Below are positions 18,749-26,800 of a stretch of DNA of 64,000 bases, piece by piece (within the stretch, counting starts at the first letter, position 1; every line of letters begins with the position of its first letter). The position numbers and the translations under genes were made by a program. Under the pieces are notes generated by a model. The model worked only from the letters and a program-made list of their open reading frames with translations, had not been told where the DNA came from and made no database searches. Origin of the DNA: Candidatus Latescibacterota bacterium (GTDB lineage Bacteria; Latescibacterota; UBA2968; UBA8231); NCBI GenBank assembly GCA_965221775.1, contig CBDCSU010000006.1:2400001-2464000 (forward strand), written 5' to 3'.

Positions 18749-19216
18749 TCACTCCTTCGTTTCGAGCAGTCGGAGAAGCTCCTCCCCGCTGTGCACTCGG
18801 TGTGCAACAGGGGAGGCCCGGCCGTCATGGATCATGATGGCCCAACGCAGCTCTTGTAGAGTTTCGGCGAAGTGACCAAGCACGAGAACCATGGATCTCT
18901 TTTCGTGCGGTGACATCTCTCGCGGGACTCGACCCAGTTGCTTCACGGAAGGCCCTCCGACCAGACGATCACGCTCTTCGCAGAAGTAATCCTCAGCCTT
19001 CTTCAGCAGGTCCTTTGCGGCATCGTCAGGGTCCAATTCTTGCTCAGAAGGACATGCCTCTACGAGTCTCATAAACCCATTTGCGAAGTTGTCCATCATC
19101 TGCAGAAGGAGTGCGTATTCGTTCTGATTCTGATAGAACCAGCGAACCGCATGGACAACGTGGTGCACGCTGTCCTTATCCATCATGGGTGAGTCATGAG
19201 CTACGGCCATGCTCAT
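18749..19216 (-). CDS. Putative antitoxin
   Basis: Immediately upstream of the toxin; C-terminal HSGEELLRLL as in RelB/DinJ-like tails. Confidence 0.55.
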   Translation of the reverse strand: MSMAVAHDSPMMDKDSVHHVVHAVRWFYQNQNEYALLLQMMDNFANGFMRLVEACPSEQELDPDDAAKDLLKKAEDYFCEERDRLVGGPSVKQLGRVPREMSPHEKRSMVLVLGHFAETLQELRWAIMIHDGRASPVAHRVHSGEELLRLLETKE

Positions 19217-19320
19217 GGAGAGGGCTCCTCATCGAGGGGTTTTCAGGGTCCCATGGTACGGACGGAAACAGCCGAGCACCAAGCTGCACAAAGTAGATCT
19301 GCCCGGATGGTCACCCCCGG

Positions 19321-20300
19321 TCAGATCGCCTCACGCCGCCAAGTGGCGGACGGCTTGATCAGGTCCTTGTACCGCAGCCTCTTGAAGGCCCCTGCCCGGA
19401 CCATGCCGCGCATCTGGTCGATGGTGTCCTGGGGCCGCTGGTTGTGCCGGCCCTCGAACTCCGCGACGTAGCGCGGCAGGTGCTTGGGGCTCATCCCATG
19501 GTAGGTGCCGTGGTACCCGCGCTTCAGCATGGACCAGAAGCTCTCCAGGCCGTTGGTGTGCGCTTGGCCGTCCACCCAAGCGCCGACGGAGTGCTTGCAT
19601 GCTTGCAGGTCTGGCGTTTCCGGAGGCCCTCGTAGGACGCGTTCTCGTCAGTGTACTTGTCGGCGTCCGGCTCCACGTGGGCCGCGACGAAGCCGTGCAA
19701 GCTGGCCTTGGTGCCGTCCGGCAGCACCCTGGCGCGAACCTCATTGGTCTGGCGGTCCTTGGCGCCTACCACGATGGCCTTGCCCACGGCCCCACGTCCG
19801 GCATGGAGCTTCTTCGCGGCGTGCTTGTTGCCCTCCAAGCCGCCCACGTACGTCTCATCCAACTCGACCGGCCCGTCCATCGGCTCAGGGTCTCGGGTGG
19901 AGTCGGCCCACGTCTCCCGGATGCGGTGCGCCAAGTGCCACGCGGTCTTCTGAGTGACGCCCAGGTCGCGGTGCAGTTTCATGCTGGACGTGCCCTTCAA
20001 GCCGGTAGCCATCAGGTAGAACGCCCAGGCCCAAACCTTGAAGCCCAGCTTGGAGCCCTGCATGACGGTCCCGGTCTTCACCGAGAAGTGCCGCCGGCAG
20101 CCCCGGCAACGGTAGGGCTGCGGCTTCCGGCTCGCCACGGTCTGGATATTCAACGAACCACAGTGGGGGCAGGCAACTCCGTCCGGCCACCTGGTCTGCG
20201 CGAACCACGCCTCCGCGGCCTCGTCCGTAGGGAACTTCTCTCCCAACTCGATCAGGGTCAACCCCTCGCGGTAGTGCTTGCCGGGTGCGCTCTGTGCCAT
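19321..20300 (-). pseudogene. IS1595-family (ISXO2-like) DDE transposase broken by an 8-bp duplication
   Basis: CPHCGS/CRGC zinc ribbon, VELDETYVGG, YTDE, HTNGLESFWS; TGCTTGCA duplicated at 19592-19607. Confidence 0.92.
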
Positions 20301-20980
20301 GCTCCATGCTCTCCGATTTATGGAAGCAATTTAGCCAGGGCGCAGGCGTCAAGGGGGCCCCCCACCTCGCCGGCGAGTTCACCGGCTACCCGGAGGAAAC
20401 GGAGTTGGTGCTGGTGCGCAGCCTCAGCACCCTGCCCAACACCTGGGAGGCCATCGAAACGATCCCCCGGCCCTACGGGATGCTCGCGTGCGCCACGCTG
20501 ACGGCCGAGGGGGGGTGGAGCCCTTCACCGAGGACGACCGCAAGGACCTGCTGACCAAGTGGGCGGCAGAGTTCGACCGGCTGCGCGGCGAGGATGTGGC
20601 CCCGGTGGCCGCCTGGGTGTTCGTGGAACTGGCGCGACGGGGCACGACGCGCTACTACGCAGCGGTTCGACCGAGCGCCGGCGATGCCTTCGCCCACGTA
20701 CTCCACCACCGCTGCCACTACCGGCACGAGGACTGGGACTGGCTCCACGTCGAGAACGGCAACCGCCTGCCCGGCGTGCCGAAGCCGACCCGCTCCCCGG
20801 ACAGTGCCTACGATCGCTTCGAGTGGGGAGACGGCTCCGCCATCGTGGCCGACAGCTTCACGTGGTGGTTCGGCTTCCACTGGGGTCGCCTCACCGAGGA
20901 GGCCGTGATCGAAGCCTGCAGGGAGGTGGCCCCGGAGTGGGCCAACCCGGCGGAGGTCCACCTGCCGAGGGCAAGCTGAC

Positions 20981-21081
20981 CTGACGAAGGGAGACGGCGG
21001 CTTCAAGCCGTCTGAGCGCCGGAAAGGGGCGGGTACCTCTGGGTGCCCGCCCTCGCTTTACCCTCTCACCACTCTGGAAAG
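20981..21081 (+). ncRNA. Hammerhead-like structured RNA module (variant), sister of the 17375 copy
   Basis: CUGACGA 20981-20987, GAAA 21022-21025, GC stem, UC 21053-21054, CTCTCAC, AAAGGA. Confidence 0.5.
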
Positions 21082-21094
21082 GACCCAACCCCCT

Positions 21095-21439
21095 ATGAAC
21101 CCGCTTCGCACTACACCCCCGGCCGGCGGCGGTTCCGCACGCCCTGCCCGCCCCCGTGATCGTGGGCGGGCTGTTGGGGAACTGCGGTTTCCCGACATGT
21201 CGATCCGCCGACAGGAGGAACCCGAGTTGATGGTCCGCGACCACGCCCGGTTCTTTTCCGGGCCGTTCGCCATGACGGCCGGCTGCCACTACTGCCGCCA
21301 CACCGAGGTCGTGCGCCGCCATCCCCGCCCGGGTCGAGGCTGGGGATGGCGGGCGCGCAACGAGCTGACCCGCCGGATGCGACGGCACCTGGAGACCGAT
21401 CATCCGGAGCGCATCCGCCAGCAGAAGGAGACCCCATGA
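21095..21439 (+). CDS. Small zinc-finger-like protein
   Basis: CHYC...HLETDH (C2H2-like); RBS upstream; start uncertain. Confidence 0.55.
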   Translation: MNPLRTTPPAGGGSARPARPRDRGRAVGELRFPDMSIRRQEEPELMVRDHARFFSGPFAMTAGCHYCRHTEVVRRHPRPGRGWGWRARNELTRRMRRHLETDHPERIRQQKETP

Positions 21440-21660
21440 GCAAGCGCAAGGCCGCCCAGCGGCAGCGGTGCTACCACCTGACCGTCTGCGGGCTCAATGA
21501 CCGGCCCCACCGGGAGCGGTTCCGCTCCGACCCAGAAACCTACCAAGGGAAGGCCGTGGACCTGACCCGCGACTTGCTGCGCAACCGCTGGGGCCGGCTC
21601 TCCGTCACCAAGCCCGATGGCTCCACCTGGGACACGGACGTGCCCGGGAGCGGCCAGTGA
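21436..21660 (+). CDS. Small hypothetical protein
   Basis: AAGGAG RBS, ATGA overlap. Confidence 0.6.
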   Translation: MSKRKAAQRQRCYHLTVCGLNDRPHRERFRSDPETYQGKAVDLTRDLLRNRWGRLSVTKPDGSTWDTDVPGSGQ

Positions 21661-21977
21661 GCACGCTACACCTGATCGACCACTACTCGCGCCGCTACCG
21701 CGCCAAGGAAGGCATCGGCGGCTCGTGGACCCGGCTGGACTGCCACGCCTGCGGCGAGCTGATCGAGACGGGCTCGAAGGTGATCCTCGAGAGCCGCCCC
21801 ATGGGCAAGGCTGGCAAGCCGAACGCCTGGCACCCGGCCTGCTTCGCCGGCCAGCAGCGGGAGGCGGCCCTGGAGCGGCACCGGGCCGAGCACAACGAAT
21901 ACCCGGAGTGGATTCGCCACCAGTTCGACGAGAAGCCGCAAAGAGGGAAGCCCGACCGGGTAGCGAGTGAGCGATAG
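21657..21977 (+). CDS. Zinc-finger protein (CxxC..HxxC, PARP-type-like)
   Basis: CHACGELIETG..WHPACF. Confidence 0.6.
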   Translation: MSTLHLIDHYSRRYRAKEGIGGSWTRLDCHACGELIETGSKVILESRPMGKAGKPNAWHPACFAGQQREAALERHRAEHNEYPEWIRHQFDEKPQRGKPDRVASER

Positions 21978-22174
21978 GTCAGCCAGCCCCGAGCTGGAGC
22001 CACGGAATCGCCCCCTGGCGACAGACGAACCGGCACCCCTAAGCGCCCCCTCACAGTAGGGCCGCCCGAAAGCCGGGAGCCGGGCCACGAGATCGCCGCG
22101 ACCTGGGCAGCTTGCGCGGTTCCCGGCACGTCCCATAGATTCTCTCACGCCTCCCTGAAAGGAGCACTCCCACA

Positions 22175-22543
22175 GTGAGCGCCGCGAACGCCAAGGACCA
22201 GGTGAAGGCCTTGGAACACGAACAGATGGACCGCCTCACAGAGGCCCATGGGTTGATCGCTCAGCGCGAGGCTCTCCACAAGGGCTTGGTGTATTTCCCG
22301 AACCACCGTGGCACCATCACTCAACACATTGATGACATCGAGGCGCGCTTCAACCAGCTACGCAAAGGGAGCCGCCATGGGATGGCGTTGATGAAAACAG
22401 TCATAGAAGACTTACCTTTCTCCCCAGACCAAGCCGAGCTCATGGCGAACTACGTGCTGTTCATCGAAGGGCGGCAGTTGCCTGCGCTGCCCCCGCTGCC
22501 CAAGGGGGAGCTCCCCAAGAGCCACCGCCAGGGACGCGGCTGA
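22175..22543 (+). CDS. Hypothetical protein (lower-GC cargo)
   Basis: AAAGGAG RBS; codon usage differs from the upstream array. Confidence 0.6.
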   Translation: MSAANAKDQVKALEHEQMDRLTEAHGLIAQREALHKGLVYFPNHRGTITQHIDDIEARFNQLRKGSRHGMALMKTVIEDLPFSPDQAELMANYVLFIEGRQLPALPPLPKGELPKSHRQGRG

Positions 22544-22562
22544 CAGAGAGGAACACGCACCC

Positions 22563-23093
22563 ATGATTGAACCTGTCCTGAAAGCAAAGTTGACTCGTAG
22601 CGTCTCGCGCTTCCTTCTGAGGCTGGAGGACCTGTTCGGGCCCCGTGACCGTCGATTTCCCTCCGTGGAGGTTGACCGATGGGAGTCTGTCTCCAAGGGG
22701 CCTTCCCAGATCTATAGCGCGGTGGATGGTCGCGTCACCATCATGATCACCGCGCACGTGAGCAACCTCGGAGCCCTGTGGGAGTTGGCGCATGAATGCG
22801 TCCATCTTCTGAACCCGTGGATCCCGGACATAGAAGGGATGCCGACCAACGTCCTCGAGGAGGGGCTGGCCTCTTGGTTTCAGAATTGCGTTGCCCATGA
22901 AAGCAGGGGGGAACTTCTGCCGGCCTACGCACGGGCCGAAGCTCTGGTGCGTCCGCACATGGTTGTTCTCCCCCCTGCCATTCGGCGCCTGCGCGAACAG
23001 GGCGTCCGCATCGGGGAGATCAACCCATCCCACCTCCACAGGGTCGTCGACTCCGCAACGGCGGAGCAACTGTGCCAGCGGTGGGCAGGGTAG
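22563..23093 (+). CDS. ImmA/IrrE-like HExxH zinc metallopeptidase
   Basis: ELAHECVHLL ... LEEGLA. Confidence 0.7.
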   Translation: MIEPVLKAKLTRSVSRFLLRLEDLFGPRDRRFPSVEVDRWESVSKGPSQIYSAVDGRVTIMITAHVSNLGALWELAHECVHLLNPWIPDIEGMPTNVLEEGLASWFQNCVAHESRGELLPAYARAEALVRPHMVVLPPAIRRLREQGVRIGEINPSHLHRVVDSATAEQLCQRWAG

Positions 23094-23355
23094 AGCTACA
23101 GGATTGATGCCGGTTGGCAGGTTGCGCCGGCTGCGCGCCTGCCATCGACGTCGGAACCCTTGATCGTCTGCGGAGGTCGTTCTAGCCGTCAACTCGTCGT
23201 AGGCAAAGCAGGAGAGGCCCGCCCCCTCTGCGGATCGGGAGCGTCGCTCCGTTCTTCCCCCCCTCGAGAGCCAGAGGGAGAGAACCTTTCTGTCACCTCC
23301 CCCCTCCAACCGCTGGACCGCTGTCGTCGCCGCGTTCATTCTCGCCACGGGGGCT

Positions 23356-23676
23356 GTGGTTTCCGTGAAGCTGTGGGCCGATGCCTATACCTACGTCGCG
23401 TCCATGTACGGCTCCCAACGCTACGCGATCGCGCCGACCGGGCGATGGGGGGTGGCCTACGTAGTGGACAAGCAGACCGGGAAGACATGGTACATCCGAG
23501 GTGCCAACAGGTTTCTATCTCGCGCCCCTCGCGAAGCGAAAGAGAAGGCCGTGACTACACCTGTACCAGAAACTCCGGTCAGCCAGTTCCCCGGTTTTGC
23601 TGAATGGGCCAAACACGAGTTGGCCAAAGAGGAATCGGCCGAATCTGTTCCTGCGAGGTCCCATGTCAGCCCGTAG
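23356..23676 (+). CDS. Hypothetical protein, possibly membrane-anchored
   Basis: RYAIAPTG..AYVVDKQTGKTW; the open frame extends upstream through a hydrophobic stretch. Confidence 0.45.
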   Translation: MVSVKLWADAYTYVASMYGSQRYAIAPTGRWGVAYVVDKQTGKTWYIRGANRFLSRAPREAKEKAVTTPVPETPVSQFPGFAEWAKHELAKEESAESVPARSHVSP

Positions 23677-23767
23677 TGGCCCGTGGCAAATGTGGGCAGT
23701 ATCGTGGGGGAAGAACACAGTCAACTTCGTAAGCGCAATCAAATCAATCACTTTAGATGGCAAGTTG

Positions 23768-23787
23768 GATTCCCACCTTCGGCACCA
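23768..23787 (+). other. att site: duplicated 3' end of a tRNA (Leu-like)
   Basis: GATTCCCAC-CTTCGGC-A-CCA = 3' T-arm half, acceptor strand and CCA; no 5' tRNA half; preceded by an AT-rich IHF-like tract and GTGG repeats. Confidence 0.8.
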
Positions 23788-23848
23788 ACCTGTGTTCCCG
23801 CCTGTTCCCCCCTTGCCCCATAGGTCGGTCCTCCAAAGGGGCTCGCCC

Positions 23849-26800
23849 ATGCGCAGTCTGTCGATCCCCCTGCTGATTGCCTTGTTGCAGGTTCCCTTGC
23901 TCCCCGCGCTTTCCGCAGCGGCGTCTGGGGAACAGGCTTCCCCTGTCCATTATAGCCGAATCCCGCCTGTGCATCGGGCGATTCAGCCTCTGGACGGACC
24001 GTGGCCGGATCGTCGCAGTGCTGCCAAGAGCCTGGAGGTCTGTCCCTCGATGGACATCCCATCCCTTCAGGCAGACGCCCTGGTCGACTACTTGCGCTCC
24101 ACTTCGCATCACTGCGTCGAACAGTCCCTTCTTTCCCGCGATCCCGACTATCGGAGAGCATGGCCGGTCGTTTTCAGCGATGCCAATATGCAGTCGGTGT
24201 TTGCTGAGATCGAAAGGCTGGCTCCCTCGTATGACGGCACCAACGATTCGGGGATGCTCAATCTGTGGTTCTTTGTAAGGTCGGGCTACGGGCTGTACAG
24301 ATGGTTTCCAGGGACTGGCGTAGGGCCGTTCAACGATGCGACGGTCCAGGCGTTTCTCGATGCCTCGGACGCTTTCGGAGCCAGCGACCATCTTCTGGAC
24401 TCCAGTGGAATCTTCTACGAATACTTCGAGACCGGGTATGCGGCTGGCCTGCAAGAGATCCATCTGGCTCCGATCAATCGGGCGCTATCCGAATTCAACC
24501 CTGACGATCTCGACGAGAGTCTAACCATATCCAATTGGTACGCTTCAGAGAGTCTATCCATATTCGATAGAGTCGTCTCCCGCACATACGCAGCGTTCCG
24601 TTACTCCAGCGACAGGATGCCTGAATTCATCTCGGCTGCCTCTCAAGATCCGGCATTCCTCGAAGCCCTTCTCCAGGCGAGTCTCCATGACTCCTTCTAC
24701 TTCTTCGAGGAAGAGATCGATCCCTTTCGATGGAGACTGCGGCTTCTGGAAGTCGTGGTAAACACCATCGTCGAGCTATCGAAGCTTGATGCCTCGGCGG
24801 AGGCCGCCACTGCGGCGTTGATCGAGGTGGTCCAGTGGCAGGAGCGCCTGAATGGGGCTTTCCTGCTGGCCGCCGACCGGTTGGAACATCTTGTAGAATG
24901 CTCTCCTTACAACATCTGCCGAGACATCCTGGAAGCAGAGCTCTACGAACGAGCTCTTCCACGTACCTACCAACTCAACGATGATCTGGTGATCCAAACG
25001 CCTCTGGATATCGCCGCCGTGAGGCGCTTCGCCCAAGGGGCCAGGGAGATCAAGTCTCGCTTTCACCGGCTGACGGAAACCGATGAGGGGAAGACCCATC
25101 TCGATACCTTCCGGGTCAGGGCCTATGGTTCGTACCAGGACTACTACGAGGTTGAGCGATACCTGGCCCCTGGGGTCGAGACTCGTGGCATTCACGCGGG
25201 AGGCTACTACAGCCAAGGTGTGATGGCTTCCTATGACAAGAAGGACCAGAATACGACGCTTGAAGACACCTTTCTCCATGAGTATGGCCACTACCTGGCC
25301 GACCGGTATGGGTTACTGACGATTGGAGATCCCTGGTTCGATGAAGGACTGGCGGAGTTCCTCCATTCCGATCCGGCCGCGTTGATCTGGCAGATCGATG
25401 GGTCCCCCCGCTTGAGCCCATCCGAGGTCTTCGACTTTGTCTCCTACGAAGGCCATTCCTTTACCATAGCAAACCTCTATCTCTACTCCAATCTGTGGTT
25501 CCACTTCATGCACCAGGAGCGCCGGACTCAACTGATGGAGCTTCTGGACTTGGTTGGCGACGAGGACTCCCCTGGATATCAAACGGTGATTTCGGCCTGG
25601 CGTAGTGACTCTCAGATGGAAGAAGACTCCGACCGATTCCTGGTGGAGCATCTCGATGCCAGAGGCTCTTCGACGTTTGAGGCTCCGTACTCCTTCATCC
25701 TTCCCCCCTCACTCATGAGTGATCGTGCAGATGAGATCGAGAGGGCTCTGCAGGCAGCAGGCCCCGACTTGAGCTTGAATTGTGAGCCTCACGTCACCCC
25801 GCATGAGAGCAGGTTCCGATGCAGTGGTTCCCTGCCGGCCGACCCTGCGTTTTCGGGAGATCGAGGTGAGCTGAATGAGCACTTGAACGCTCGCCTGGAT
25901 GACTTCATCGCCGAGGCTCTGAATCTCAGCGAGATCAACAATCTCACCATGATGACCTGCTATTTCACGGATGTGTCCGGAGATCCACTGACATCGGATC
26001 TGCGATGCGAGGGCCCACTACGCCCAACCGACGTAGACCTGCAGTACGCCCACCTGCAATCCTCCGTGGAAGTGTTCTCCGACGAGGGGGGGATCCGCTC
26101 CGTGCAGCAGACTGGCTCCGGGGAAGTGTCCTATGTCGGGGAGCGCCTTCAATTGACCGCATACTTGGAATTCGATGTGCCGGAAGTCTCCAATGTCGTC
26201 TTTACCTGGACTTCCAATCCGGCTGTGGTTGAGAGTGGGGGGTACAGCTCTTGCGAGAAGGCCGGTGGTACTTTCGGTGTATTGGAAGTCGATGAAGGAG
26301 TCCAGCATTGCGGCACCGTGGGGGGCCAGTACTTCTCCGTCGCGGTCCTCGTCAAGACCTTGGAGCCTGGACTGCATGAGTTCAGCGTCTCCTTTGAGTC
26401 GTCGGAGTCGGAGGATGACCTCTCCGACAACACCGCGTCGGTGGAGGTGATGATTCATCGTATGCCTCAGCATCTGGAATCCGTATCCGGGTTTGGCAAC
26501 ATCGTGACAGCCATGGCGCCTTCTCACGACAACTCCATGCTGGCCGTCGGGTTGATTGATGGCCAGGTGGAAACCGTGGATGTGGAGACGCAAGCCGTCA
26601 CCACTACCTCGATGGGCAGTGCTCAAGGAGGGTCATTGGGGTACCCTGGCATACGATCCCTGGCGTTTTCCCCGAATGACTCTCTCCTGGCAGTCGGGTT
26701 GCATGGAGGAGCGGTCAATCTCCGGGGTCTGAGTACAGGCACATTGGAGGTCTTGTTGAGCGATCTTCCGGAGGGTCCGGATCTTGTCGTTACGTCCGTG

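Larger units (their letters stand above)
17498..20352 (-). mobile_element. IS1595-family element with passenger genes
   Basis: IS1595-like end GGGAATTATATAC at 17498; ISXO2-type transposase; boundaries defined by the split host gene; the other inverted repeat is missing. Confidence 0.8.
17484..20984 (+). pseudogene. Paralog of 16596-17378 interrupted after codon 5 by an IS1595 element
   Basis: MAIHL (17484-17498) + GAPHLAGEFTGYP (from 20354) aligns without gap to MPQYYFPAPLAEEFTGTP; further frameshifts near 20510 and 20968. Confidence 0.8.
1..23787. mobile_element. Integrated plasmid/prophage-like element (left end outside window), right end at a tRNA-Leu-like att site
   Basis: Contains primase-helicase, ParA + RHH partition pair, a small phage-like gene array and IS1595 elements; terminates in tRNA 3'-end copy GATTCCCACCTTCGGCACCA. 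No integrase, structural or conjugation genes in the window. Confidence 0.75.

Noticed and set aside
22030-22070. Pistol ribozyme (CCCUAAGCG)
   Set aside because: Lacks the P1 pseudoknot and AAAUA linker; kept only as a weak hammerhead-like remnant.
23720-23787. Complete tRNA gene
   Set aside because: Only the 3' 20 nt match; there is no D arm, anticodon arm or 5' acceptor strand, so it is treated as an att site.
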